From positions 63,702 to 127,701 of the forward strand of contig JBOFRT010000308.1 of the NCBI GenBank assembly GCA_051651165.1: DNA of 64,000 bases, given 5' to 3'. Below, piece after piece: positions 1 to 11,218 of this stretch. This DNA is from Cetobacterium sp. (GTDB lineage Bacteria > Fusobacteriota > Fusobacteriia > Fusobacteriales > Fusobacteriaceae). The notes beneath the pieces were generated by a model, which made no database searches, was not told the origin of the DNA, and was given only the letters and a program-made list of their open reading frames with translations. The position numbers and the translations under genes are program-made. How positions within the stretch are numbered: the stretch's first letter is position 1; the number at the start of each line of letters is the position of its first letter.

Positions 1-189
1 TCAAAAATTACTGTTCTGAAAACTAGACTATTATCTCACTAAAAGAACACTTTTTACTTAAAGTATAATATTACACTAGTATTCACGTCAACTGTTTTTT
101 TTATTTTTTTTAGTTTTTATGAAAACTTAACCAAAACTCGAGTAATAAACGGTTAATAGTTACCATTAATAAAATATATTTTTCATTTG

Positions 190-218
190 TTGACAGTAGT
201 GATCAAACTATGTATAAT
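190..218 (+). promoter_or_regulatory. sigma70-type promoter for dcuC-M20 operon
   Basis: TTGACA (190-195), 17 bp, TATAAT (213-218): perfect consensus. Confidence 0.85.
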
Positions 219-320
219 TAGTGAAAAATGTTCTTAAATAATTTTATCAACACTATTTTTATACAGTTTTTATTTTTATTTCAGAATATAAAATTAAATT
301 TCTAAGGAGGAAACTACTCA

Positions 321-1685
321 ATGATTTTTTTCATCACACTTTTTATTATCTTTTTTGTTGGTTTTTTTATAGTTAAAAAATATTATCCTCAAGGAGTCCT
401 ATTTGTGGGAGGATTTCTTTTACTTTGTACCGCAATTTTATTCAACGGTACACCTATGTTAAGTGAAAAAGCTTCTCTTGGTTCTAATTTTTTAGATATT
501 TTCCAATATTTAAAAGATACTTTCTCTAAAACAACAGCTGGCTTAGGTTTAACTATTATGGTTGTTGGAGGATTTGCCAAGTATATGGATCATATTGGAG
601 CTAGTAAGGCACTTGTTAAAATTACAACAAAGCCTATGAAAAAGCTTAACTCTCCATATCTTGTTTTAGCTTTAACTTACATACTTGGACAAATCTTAAA
701 TATCTTTATTCCAAGTGCTTCTGGTTTAGGAGTTTTACTTATGGTAACTGTATATCCTATTTTAGTTTCTCTTGGCGCTAGCCCACTTTCAGCAACCGCT
801 GTTATTGGAACAACTGCTTGCTTAGATTTAGGCCCTGCATCTGGAAACTCAGTTCTTGCAGCTAAAACAGCAAATATTGATGCAGCTCTTTACTTTGTAA
901 AATATCAACTACCTGTTTCTATTTTTGTTATCGCTGCTATAGCTTTAACACACTATTTTGTTCAAAAGATTGGAGATAAAAATCTCTCTTACAATGAAAA
1001 TGAAATAAAAAAAGAAACAGCTAAAGCTGATGATTCAAAAGAAGCACCTGGATTCTATGCATTATTTCCTATTATTCCTTTAGTTATAATCTTAGGATTT
1101 AGCTCACTTTTCAAAAGTAGTATAAAAATGAATGTTGAAGTTGCAATGCTTTTAAGTATAACTATTAGTATGATTGTTGAAGGAGTAAGAAGACGTACTT
1201 TTAAAAATACAATCACTGATTTAAAAATAGTTTTTAATTCGATGGGATCACAGTTTTCTGCTGTTATAACTCTTATTGTTGCAGGACAATTCTTCGCTTA
1301 TGGACTTACTAAAGTTGGAGTTATCGATAGTATTATCGAATGGACAAAACATGCAGGTCTTGGAGTTCAACCTATGATTCTTGTTATGACTGGAGTTATC
1401 TCTGCTTCGTCTGTTATTATGGGATCTGGAAATGCTCCATTCTTCGCTTTTGCTGCTCTTGCTCCTACTGTTGCAGCGTCTGTAAATATAGATCCTGTTG
1501 TTATTGCTATGCCTATGCAACTTGCATCTGGAATCGCTAGAAGTGTTTCTCCTATAACTGCCGTTATTGTTGCTGTTTGTGGTATCTCTGGTGTTTCACC
1601 TTTCCTAGTTGTAAGAAGAACTTTCTTACCTATGCTTGTTGGTTTAGTTGTTTTATTAGTTTCAAATATGATTTTATTTGGATAA
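321..1685 (+). CDS. dcuC: DcuC/DcuD-family C4-dicarboxylate-type membrane transporter
   Basis: 454 aa, about 12 hydrophobic segments, motifs GLGLTIM..GGFAKYM.HIGAS, IPSASGLGVLLM, MGSGNAPFFAF, ARSVSPITAV; AGGAGG RBS. Confidence 0.85.
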   Translation: MIFFITLFIIFFVGFFIVKKYYPQGVLFVGGFLLLCTAILFNGTPMLSEKASLGSNFLDIFQYLKDTFSKTTAGLGLTIMVVGGFAKYMDHIGASKALVKITTKPMKKLNSPYLVLALTYILGQILNIFIPSASGLGVLLMVTVYPILVSLGASPLSATAVIGTTACLDLGPASGNSVLAAKTANIDAALYFVKYQLPVSIFVIAAIALTHYFVQKIGDKNLSYNENEIKKETAKADDSKEAPGFYALFPIIPLVIILGFSSLFKSSIKMNVEVAMLLSITISMIVEGVRRRTFKNTITDLKIVFNSMGSQFSAVITLIVAGQFFAYGLTKVGVIDSIIEWTKHAGLGVQPMILVMTGVISASSVIMGSGNAPFFAFAALAPTVAASVNIDPVVIAMPMQLASGIARSVSPITAVIVAVCGISGVSPFLVVRRTFLPMLVGLVVLLVSNMILFG

Positions 1686-1707
1686 CTTATATTAAATGGG
1701 GGATTAT

Positions 1708-2802
1708 ATGGATTTAAATAACTATTTAAAAAATTTAGAAACTTTAGTTAACGTAGATTGTGGAAGCAATACACCTGATGGACTTAAATTTGTAACAAAG
1801 TTTTTCGAAGAGCTTTATAGTGATTGGATTGTTGAGTATCACGAGTTAAATAAAAATAATCCTGTTCTTGTTATAAAAAATAGAGATGTCGAAAATTTTG
1901 ATTTTCTTTTCATTGGACACAATGACACTGTTTTCCCTGAGGGAACTGTAGCTAAAAGACCATTTAAAATAGATGGAGATATTGCTACTGGACCTGGTGT
2001 TTATGATATGAAGTCAGGATTACTTTCTATGTATGAAGTTGCCAAAGAGTTTAAAGATTCAAAATTAAATATCTGTATTATTATAAATACGGATGAAGAG
2101 ATTAGTTCTTTAATCTCTAGAGATTTAATTACTGAAATGGGTAAAAAAACAAAATATGCGTTAGTTTTTGAACCAGCTAGAAAAAATGGTAATATGGTTT
2201 CAGAAAGAAAAGGTTTAGTTAAATATGAGATTACTTTCAAAGGCAAAGCGGCTCATGCTGGAATCGCACCACAAAACGGAATCAATGCTATCATAGAAGC
2301 CTCAAGATGGGTTTTAGAAATTTCAAAACTTCAAAATTTAGAGCTTGGAAACTCTATAAACGTTGGAGTTATTAGTGGTGGCTTTGGAGTTAATACTGTT
2401 CCTGATAAAGCTGTTATAAAATTTGAAGGTCGTTCTCATGATATAAAACATTTTGAGAATATTATTAAAACCTTAGATACTTTAAAATCAACTCCTTATG
2501 TGAACGGAATTGAAATCGAAGTAAAAGAGATTGGTTATAGACCTCCTCTTGTTTTAAATAATCTTTCAAAAATTCTTTTAGAGAAATTTGATTCTGCTAA
2601 AGCAGAATTAGGAATTGAGGCGGAATGGGAAAAAACTGGGGGTGGATCTGATGCTAATTTCTTAGGAATTCTTGGAGTTGGAGTTTTAGATGGAATTGGT
2701 CCAATCGGTGGAAACTCTCACGAGGAATCTGAGTATCTTGTTATCTCATCAATTGAAGATCGTATCGAAATGATAAAAAAAGTACTAAGAACATTTTTAT
2801 AA
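1708..2802 (+). CDS. M20 family metallopeptidase (carboxypeptidase G2-like)
   Basis: GHNDTVF, GPGVYDMKSG, DEEI, FEP, GGGSDAN and C-terminal H..E metal-ligand motifs; start moved to ATG 1708 after GGGGA RBS. Confidence 0.88.
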   Translation: MDLNNYLKNLETLVNVDCGSNTPDGLKFVTKFFEELYSDWIVEYHELNKNNPVLVIKNRDVENFDFLFIGHNDTVFPEGTVAKRPFKIDGDIATGPGVYDMKSGLLSMYEVAKEFKDSKLNICIIINTDEEISSLISRDLITEMGKKTKYALVFEPARKNGNMVSERKGLVKYEITFKGKAAHAGIAPQNGINAIIEASRWVLEISKLQNLELGNSINVGVISGGFGVNTVPDKAVIKFEGRSHDIKHFENIIKTLDTLKSTPYVNGIEIEVKEIGYRPPLVLNNLSKILLEKFDSAKAELGIEAEWEKTGGGSDANFLGILGVGVLDGIGPIGGNSHEESEYLVISSIEDRIEMIKKVLRTFL

Positions 2803-2806
2803 ATTT

Positions 2807-2830
2807 AGAGAGGATTTTCCTCTCTTTTTT
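2807..2830 (+). terminator. Rho-independent terminator
   Basis: AGAGAGGA-ttt-TCCTCTCT followed by T-run right after the M20 stop. Confidence 0.85.
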
Positions 2831-2908
2831 AATAAAAAAGATTTTCATAGAAAAAAATACTAAAATAATGTATAATTAGGAAAAAGAATATATTTGGAGG
2901 TAATTTTA

Positions 2909-3535
2909 ATGAAAATTAAAGCCTTTCCTTTAGGAAGCTATATGACAAACTGTTATTTAGTTTGGAATGATAAAAATGAGGCTTCTCTTTTTGATTGTAG
3001 CGATACTAGATTAGCAGGGATTGTTTCTTTTATAAAAGAGCATAATTTAACTTTAAAAAATGTTATTTTAACTCATGGTCACGGAGACCATATCGGTGGA
3101 ATAAATGAAATTAAAAATATTTTTCCTGAGGTACAACTTTTCATAGGAAAAGAGGAAGAAAAATTCCTAACAGACGCTTCTTTAAATCTATCTTATGCTA
3201 TACAAGGGTTTGACTTTGTATATACAGGTGATTTTACTCCTTTACAAGAGGGAGATTCTATTTTTGGATTTGAAGTTATTGATACTCCTGGTCATACAAT
3301 TGGTTCGAAATGTTTTTATAACAAAGAAGCTAATTTTATGATCTCTGGCGACACACTATTCAGAAGAAGCTACGGTAGATATGATCTACCAACTGGAAAT
3401 CTATCACAACTACAAAGAAGTTTAAAAAAGATTTGTGAGAACTATCCAGAAGATACTATAGTGTATAGTGCCCATACTGAACCTACACTTTTAGGAGAGG
3501 AAAGAAGAGTATTAAAATCCCAAGGAATGTTTTAG
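2909..3535 (+). CDS. MBL-fold metallo-hydrolase (glyoxalase II/YcbL-like)
   Basis: THGHGDHIGG, TPGHT, SGDTLF..SYGRYDLP motifs; ATG 2909 after GGAGG. Confidence 0.88.
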   Translation: MKIKAFPLGSYMTNCYLVWNDKNEASLFDCSDTRLAGIVSFIKEHNLTLKNVILTHGHGDHIGGINEIKNIFPEVQLFIGKEEEKFLTDASLNLSYAIQGFDFVYTGDFTPLQEGDSIFGFEVIDTPGHTIGSKCFYNKEANFMISGDTLFRRSYGRYDLPTGNLSQLQRSLKKICENYPEDTIVYSAHTEPTLLGEERRVLKSQGMF

Positions 3536-3546
3536 GAGGACTTAAT

Positions 3547-4491
3547 ATGGAAAATAAAATTTATGACGTTGTTATTATTGGAGCTGGACCTGCAGGTTTA
3601 ACATCTGCACTTTATGCTGGAAGATCAAATTTATCGGTATTAGTTATTGAAAAACCAACTGTTGGAAGCCTTCTTATGGCTCACAAAATTGAAAACTACC
3701 CAGGAATTCAAGGATCACCTACTGGTAAAGATATCTACAATTTAATGAAAGAACAAACTTTAAAATTTAATGTAGAATTTGTTGACGCCACATTTTTAGG
3801 TTTTGATTTACTTGGTGAAAATAAAATAGTTAAAACTGATAAAGATAATTTTGCAGCTAAGACTATTATTATTGCAAGTGGTTGGGCGAAAAATGGTGCT
3901 AAAAAATTACCTGGTGAGGAGCAATACTTAGGTAAAGGAGTTTCTTACTGTGCTACTTGCGATGGTGCTTTCACTAGAAATATGAGTGTTTCACTTTTTG
4001 GAAAGGGCAAAGAGATTGCTGAAGAAGCATTATTCTTAACAAAATACTCTAAAGAGATTCATATGTTTTTAACTGAGGATTCTGATGAATCAGAGGACAA
4101 ATCACTTATGGAAACTTTAAAAGCAAACGAAAAAATCAAAATGTATTACTCTTCTAAACTTTTAGAAATAAAAGGTGAAGAGTTTGTAGAAGAGGTTATC
4201 GCTGAAGTAGCTGGAGAAAAAATCAATTGTAAAACTCAGTTTGCTTTCTTATACTTAGGTACTAAATCATTGAAAGAGTTATACGGAGAAATTGCACCTC
4301 TAGATGAAAGCGGATATCTTATAACAGATGAAGCTATGCATACTTCTATCGAAGGTATATTTGCTGCTGGAGATGTTAGATCAAAAATGATTAGACAAGT
4401 AACTACAGCAACTTCTGATGGAACAATTGCAGCGCTTGAAGCCATAAAATTTGTACTTAAAAAACAAAATTTAAGAGCTCAGTATAGTTAA
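3547..4491 (+). CDS. trxB: Thioredoxin reductase-like FAD/NAD(P)H disulfide oxidoreductase
   Basis: GAGPAG FAD motif, GKGVSYCATCDG redox CxxC, GIFAAGDV. Confidence 0.85.
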   Translation: MENKIYDVVIIGAGPAGLTSALYAGRSNLSVLVIEKPTVGSLLMAHKIENYPGIQGSPTGKDIYNLMKEQTLKFNVEFVDATFLGFDLLGENKIVKTDKDNFAAKTIIIASGWAKNGAKKLPGEEQYLGKGVSYCATCDGAFTRNMSVSLFGKGKEIAEEALFLTKYSKEIHMFLTEDSDESEDKSLMETLKANEKIKMYYSSKLLEIKGEEFVEEVIAEVAGEKINCKTQFAFLYLGTKSLKELYGEIAPLDESGYLITDEAMHTSIEGIFAAGDVRSKMIRQVTTATSDGTIAALEAIKFVLKKQNLRAQYS

Positions 4492-4509
4492 AAAGTTATA
4501 AATGTATAT

Positions 4510-4545
4510 AAAAAAGTCAGAGCCTCAAAACTCTGACTTTTTTTT
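4510..4545. terminator. Bidirectional terminator between convergent trxB and glnA
   Basis: AAAAAAGTCAGAG...CTCTGACTTTTTT inverted repeat with A/T tails. Confidence 0.85.
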
Positions 4546-4547
4546 AC

Positions 4548-6659
4548 TTATAATCTAAATAACATATCCTCATAAGTTGGAACTGGCCAAACCTTCTTTT
4601 CAACTTGATGCTCTAAAAGATCTACTATATCTCTTAGGCAACTTAAAAGAGGAATAATCTCTTTATTTAAATATTCAACTTTCTCGTATAACCCTTCAAT
4701 CTCATTAGCTACAACTAATTGTGATTCTAGCTGTGCTAAATAATCTTTTAGACGATTCTTACCAGCTAATAGCTTAACTAAATGAGCTTTATCAGCAGAT
4801 AAGTACTCATCATCTCCTAAAACTTCTCTTAAGGCAATAATACTATTTGATATCTTTCCAGCATATTCCATTAAAGCTGGATATATCTCATTTCTAGCAA
4901 TTCTAACCATCGAGCTTCCCTCAATATTCACTTGCTTTATATAACGCTCACAATAAACTGAATATCTAGCATCTAACTCTTCAGGAGATAAAACTTTAGC
5001 ATTTTTAAACAGTTCAATTATATTTTCTTGCTTATATACTTTCAATCCTTCTAAAGTATTTCTTAAGTTTTTTAATCCTCTTTTTTCAGCTTCAACTTTC
5101 CAGCTTTCATCATAACCATTTCCATTAAAAACAATTCTTTTATGCTTCTCATATCTATCTTTAATTAATTCAATTATATCTTTCTTTAAATTTTTTGGAT
5201 CTTTAGTTTCCAATAAATCAGCATACTCTTTTATAATTGTTCCAATTATTGTATTTATAATAAATGTAGGTGTTGATGCTGATGCACTCGACCCTGGCAT
5301 TCTAAACTCAAATTTATTTCCTGTAAATGCAAATGGAGAAGTTCTATTTCTATCTGAGATATCTTTCGGTATTTTTGTAAAGTTTTTAACACCAAACTCC
5401 ATACTTTCTTTAACATCACTTGTTGGAACTATCTCTCCTATATTCTTTAAAATCTCATCTAACTCATCTCCAATGAAAACAGATATTATTGCTGGTGGAG
5501 CTTCATGCCCTCCTAATCTGTGATCATTTCCTGGTGTTGCACAAGATGCTCTTAAAACATCAGCATATCTATCAATACCTTCTAATACTGCTGTTAAAAA
5601 TACTAAGAACTGAAGATTATTTTTTGATAAAGAAGATGGATCTAATAGGTTCTCACCTAAATTTGTTGCTAATGACCAGTTACAATGTTTTCCTGATCCG
5701 TTTACACCTTTAAATGGCTTTTCGTGTAATAAAGCACTTAAATTGTGTCTATCTGCAACTTTCTTAATTATATCCATTGTCAATTGATTTTGATCTACTG
5801 CTACATTTGCTGTTGCAAACATAAGTGCTATCTCAAACTGGTTTGGAGCTACCTCATTATGCTTTGTTTTAGCCATAATTCCTATTTTCCATAGCTCTGC
5901 GTCTATTTCATTCATTACTTTTTCAACTTTTTCTTTAATACTTCCATAGTAGTGATCATTTAACTCTTGACCTTTTGGAGGTAACGAACCAAATATTGTT
6001 CTACCAGAAAGCATTAAATCTTGACGCTTTTCCCAGAAATTCTTCTCTATTAAAAAATACTCTTGCTCTAACCCTAATGTATTCGTAATTGAAGTTACAG
6101 TTGATTTAGGATCTAAAATTCTTTTTAATCTTAATGTTTGTTCTGATATAAAATCAATCGATCTTAGTAACGGAACTTTTTTATCTAATGCCATTTGATT
6201 ATATCCTATGAATGCCGTTGGAATATATAATGATTTAGATAATCCCTCTCCTCTTAAGAACATTGGCGATTTACAATCCCATGCAGTATATCCTCTAGCT
6301 TCAAAAGTTGACCTTACTCCTCCATTTGGGAATGATGATGTATCAGCTTCTCCTTTTATAAGCTCTTTTCCTGAGAACTGTGAAACACAGCTACCGTCTG
6401 AAGACATAGAAATAAATGAATCATGCTTTTCAGCTGTTAACTCTGTTAGTGGTTGGAACCAGTGTGTAAAATGTGTTGCTCCATTTTCAGTAGCCCAATT
6501 TTTAACTGCATTAGCTATAGAGTCTGCAAGTTCAATAGACAACTCTTTTTCTCCGTTTTGAACTTTCTTAAACTCTTTAAAATACGATTCTGGTATTCTA
6601 CTTTTCAACTTTTCCTCTGTAAAGCAGAATTGACCAAAAATTTCTAGCATGTTGTTCAT
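4548..6659 (-). CDS. glnA: Glutamine synthetase type III
   Basis: 703 aa; HFTHWFQPLT, TFEARGYTAWD, HNEVAPNQFE, HEKPFKGVNGSGKH, DRNRTSPFAFTGNKFEFR. Confidence 0.95.
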   Translation of the reverse strand: MNNMLEIFGQFCFTEEKLKSRIPESYFKEFKKVQNGEKELSIELADSIANAVKNWATENGATHFTHWFQPLTELTAEKHDSFISMSSDGSCVSQFSGKELIKGEADTSSFPNGGVRSTFEARGYTAWDCKSPMFLRGEGLSKSLYIPTAFIGYNQMALDKKVPLLRSIDFISEQTLRLKRILDPKSTVTSITNTLGLEQEYFLIEKNFWEKRQDLMLSGRTIFGSLPPKGQELNDHYYGSIKEKVEKVMNEIDAELWKIGIMAKTKHNEVAPNQFEIALMFATANVAVDQNQLTMDIIKKVADRHNLSALLHEKPFKGVNGSGKHCNWSLATNLGENLLDPSSLSKNNLQFLVFLTAVLEGIDRYADVLRASCATPGNDHRLGGHEAPPAIISVFIGDELDEILKNIGEIVPTSDVKESMEFGVKNFTKIPKDISDRNRTSPFAFTGNKFEFRMPGSSASASTPTFIINTIIGTIIKEYADLLETKDPKNLKKDIIELIKDRYEKHKRIVFNGNGYDESWKVEAEKRGLKNLRNTLEGLKVYKQENIIELFKNAKVLSPEELDARYSVYCERYIKQVNIEGSSMVRIARNEIYPALMEYAGKISNSIIALREVLGDDEYLSADKAHLVKLLAGKNRLKDYLAQLESQLVVANEIEGLYEKVEYLNKEIIPLLSCLRDIVDLLEHQVEKKVWPVPTYEDMLFRL

Positions 6660-6675
6660 AAATCCTCCTCTATTT

Positions 6676-6694
6676 CGTTCTACATTGTCGAACG
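6676..6694. promoter_or_regulatory. Palindromic candidate operator upstream of glnA RBS
   Basis: CGTTC-TACATTGTC-GAACG between the putative promoter (TTGACA on minus strand at 6747-6752) and the RBS. Confidence 0.5.
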
Positions 6695-6761
6695 TTGTTC
6701 TTTAATAAAAAATTGTTATATTTACAATATACTATTTTTATATTCTTGTCAATCAAAAAAT

Positions 6762-6788
6762 AAAAAAGAGGAGTTAAAACTCCTCTCT
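6762..6788 (-). terminator. Terminator overlapping iclR stop
   Basis: AGAGGAGTT/AACTCCTCT stem with A-run on the left (U-tail on minus strand). Confidence 0.7.
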
Positions 6789-7541
6789 TGCTCCTAATTC
6801 GAACGATATTTTTTTACTCATAGCCACCATTTTCGGTGCTAAATGTGGAAGAATATGCATCATCTTCTCTCTTGTTGCCATTATTGAGGCTGTTCCTACA
6901 AACTCGTTATTAACTTTAAATATAGGAACTGATATACAATATATTCCTAACTCTACTTCAGATTTTTCTAAAGAGTAGCCATCTCTTCTGATTTTATATA
7001 TCTCTTCAATAAGTGTTTCCCTATCTATTATTGTACTGTTAGTATATTTATATAATAAATCTTTATTAAATATAACATCTATATTTACATCTTTAGAATA
7101 AGCTAAGGCTAATTTTCCAGAAGCTGATGCATTCAATGGAATTTTAGTTACAGATGTACTTATTGTATAATACATCGAATCTGATTGTACTCTATCAACT
7201 AATTTTAGATGTTCCCTTTTGAAAATAAACAGATTTATTGTTACAGAAAACTCCTCTGATATATTTACTAGGTATTTATGCCCTACATTTTTAATCAACA
7301 CATCTTCATTCACAATAAAACTTTTCTCTATAAAAGCTGGTCCCAATGAATAATTACTATTTTTCTCACTTTGCTCCAAATAAGAGTTTTTTAAAAGAGT
7401 TGAAACGATTCCATGAACAGTACTTTTACTTAAACCTACCTTTTCACTTATCTCTTTTAATGATAATTCATGAACCTCCTCATTAAAGCAGTTCATTATA
7501 TCGATTGCTCTTTGGATAGATTGTATAGTTTTTCCTTCCAT
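6774..7541 (-). CDS. IclR family transcriptional regulator
   Basis: N-terminal IQSIQRAIDI...GLSKSTVHGI HTH; ASASGKLALAY and GIYCISVPIF effector domain. Confidence 0.92.
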   Translation of the reverse strand: MEGKTIQSIQRAIDIMNCFNEEVHELSLKEISEKVGLSKSTVHGIVSTLLKNSYLEQSEKNSNYSLGPAFIEKSFIVNEDVLIKNVGHKYLVNISEEFSVTINLFIFKREHLKLVDRVQSDSMYYTISTSVTKIPLNASASGKLALAYSKDVNIDVIFNKDLLYKYTNSTIIDRETLIEEIYKIRRDGYSLEKSEVELGIYCISVPIFKVNNEFVGTASIMATREKMMHILPHLAPKMVAMSKKISFELGAREEF

Positions 7542-7555
7542 AAAATCCCCTTTTG

Positions 7556-8401
7556 TTATTTCAGTCTGAAGTAACCTTCCTCTGTTTTTTCTATCTTACC
7601 CTCTTTTAAAAGTCTTCCCATTGCTCTTTTAAAAGCTTTTTTACTTATTCCAAAGTACTCTTTTATCGCTTCTGGTGAGCTATCATCATTGAATCTGAAG
7701 TGAGTCTTTAAAATTTTCATTTTACTTACTATAGCCTCAGCATCTTTATCCATTTGAACAAAAGCTAACTCTCTCATAGCTAAGTCTAATTTCCCATCTT
7801 CTCTAACTCTGATTACTCTTGCTTGAATCTCCTCTCCTACAGAGAACTTTCTGAAACATTCACTATTTGGAATTAAACCAAAGTATCTATTATCTACTGC
7901 TACAAATATTCCAATCTCTGGATTTATTCTATAAACAGTTCCCTCTACAAAGTCATTTTTCTTATAATCTTTATTTGGCATTAAGAAACTATATATCTTC
8001 ATAGTTGCAGATAGTCTTCCTTTACTATCTTCATATATTCCAACTAAAACTTCATCACCTGGTTTTACATCTCCATCCATTTGAGCATGAGGTAATAAAA
8101 GTTCCTTTTTTAATCCCCAATCTAAAAATGCTCCTAGTTTTTCATTCATATCTGTTACATATAACTTTCCAATTGTTCCAACTGTTAATGCTGTTTTTCT
8201 AAATGTAGCTATTAATCTATCCTCAGAATCTCTGTATATCATAACGTCTAACTCATCACCAATATCTAATACTTTTCCTTCTAATTCGTTATTTGGTAGA
8301 AGAATATTATCATTAGCATCTCCTGTTCCTGCATCTAAATGTGCTCCCTTGCTGCTGAAGTTATTAATCTTTAAAGTTTGTCTTTTTCCTACTCTTACCA
8401 T
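7556..8401 (-). CDS. cvfB: CvfB-family S1 RNA-binding protein
   Basis: YRDSEDRLIAT, GAFLDWGLKKELLLP, C-terminal GISKKAFKRAMGRL winged helix. Confidence 0.9.
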   Translation of the reverse strand: MVRVGKRQTLKINNFSSKGAHLDAGTGDANDNILLPNNELEGKVLDIGDELDVMIYRDSEDRLIATFRKTALTVGTIGKLYVTDMNEKLGAFLDWGLKKELLLPHAQMDGDVKPGDEVLVGIYEDSKGRLSATMKIYSFLMPNKDYKKNDFVEGTVYRINPEIGIFVAVDNRYFGLIPNSECFRKFSVGEEIQARVIRVREDGKLDLAMRELAFVQMDKDAEAIVSKMKILKTHFRFNDDSSPEAIKEYFGISKKAFKRAMGRLLKEGKIEKTEEGYFRLK

Positions 8402-8422
8402 TTTCCCTCTCTCCTTACTATT

Positions 8423-9655
8423 TTACTCCAAATAGTTTCTAAATAAATTAAATTTTTCATCCAATTTTTGAGGATAATTCTTACTGTAATAGTGTAATAA
8501 CTTTATTACAGGTTTATAATCCTCATAATTTTTTAATATTCTTAAATACTCTTCCTCTATACTTAACAAAGAGTAATAATCACTTTTTTCAAAACTACCA
8601 AATAACTTATCGATTATTTCTGTTACTTGGCTTAAAGGCACCTCAACTCCTTTTCCAATTATTAATGCCTCTATAAAATATTTTCTTGATTCATTTTTTC
8701 TATTTAAAATCTCTGTAACTTTTCCTAAATTATATAGAAGAGTGAAATTTTTTCTAATCTCTTTCTCTAACTTCTGCTCATAAATTTTTTTCAATTTTAA
8801 ATAGACAAATTTCAAATCATCATATTTTAAATTTACTACTGAGGTTTGAGCTAAATCACACAATAGTTCAAATTTAAACTCTAAATTTGAAGTTTGTTTT
8901 AAAACTTCTTTAGATATCAATATATATTTATCTAAATCCTCTTTTTTAGAAATTGCTATCAATATTTTCAGATAATTATTTTTTATCTCTCCATTTTTTA
9001 AATTTATTAAAGCTATCCTTATTTTACTTTCTAAATTTTCTGTATCAATAACATTTAATTTATACTCTGAATATATATATCGATAATAAATCTCATTAAA
9101 CTTTTTTAGTTTTTTTATATCCTCTTCATACTTTTTAAAGAGTAATAGTATTATCTCATACTTTTCATATTTTTCACACAAATTTAAAAAAATTATAAAT
9201 TCCTGCTCATATTTTTTTATTTCAGAAACCATTTGAAATAATTTAGCATACATTCTTCTAGCTTCATTTTCATCTTTTAATTTTAAATATAAATTACTTA
9301 ACTCTATTATAATTTTTTTCTGATCAACTCTATTTAATTTTAAAATAGCTTCTTCTATTAACCATTTATTTTCTATAATTTCTTTTTTTAAAATCTCATC
9401 TAAGTACTTTTTAGCTTTAGCTTCTGATTTTTCAACGAACTCTTCGTAAGTTATATCTATTTTTTCCCCTTTACTTTCTAAAGCTTCCTCTAGATTTTTG
9501 TAAAAAATTAAAGCCATCTTGTTACTTAAAACTTTTCTACCATTTTCTACCATTCCTAAATAAGTTTTAGATACAATATTTTTTGTTAATTCCTCTTGTT
9601 TTATTTTATAATGCTTTCTATACCTTAATATCTTTTCCCCTGGCGATAAAAACAT
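8423..9655 (-). CDS. XRE-HTH regulator with helical/TPR-like C-terminal region (RRNPP-like)
   Basis: GEKILRYRKHYKIKQEEL...SKTYLGMVENG XRE HTH; TPR-like LLYNLGKV...ESRKYFIEAL. Confidence 0.7.
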   Translation of the reverse strand: MFLSPGEKILRYRKHYKIKQEELTKNIVSKTYLGMVENGRKVLSNKMALIFYKNLEEALESKGEKIDITYEEFVEKSEAKAKKYLDEILKKEIIENKWLIEEAILKLNRVDQKKIIIELSNLYLKLKDENEARRMYAKLFQMVSEIKKYEQEFIIFLNLCEKYEKYEIILLLFKKYEEDIKKLKKFNEIYYRYIYSEYKLNVIDTENLESKIRIALINLKNGEIKNNYLKILIAISKKEDLDKYILISKEVLKQTSNLEFKFELLCDLAQTSVVNLKYDDLKFVYLKLKKIYEQKLEKEIRKNFTLLYNLGKVTEILNRKNESRKYFIEALIIGKGVEVPLSQVTEIIDKLFGSFEKSDYYSLLSIEEEYLRILKNYEDYKPVIKLLHYYSKNYPQKLDEKFNLFRNYLE

Positions 9656-9721
9656 AAATCTCCCCCTAAAAATAAAAAAGCTGTTTATTATAGAGTATCA
9701 AATTTTCCATATTTTTACAAT

Positions 9722-9762
9722 AAAAAATACCTTAGATCAACATCTTTAATCTAAGGTATTTT
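9722..9762 (-). terminator. tpl terminator
   Basis: AAAATACCTTAGAT...ATCTAAGGTATTTT inverted repeat. Confidence 0.8.
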
Positions 9763-9774
9763 AATTTCTATTAT

Positions 9775-11218
<1,444 letters not shown>

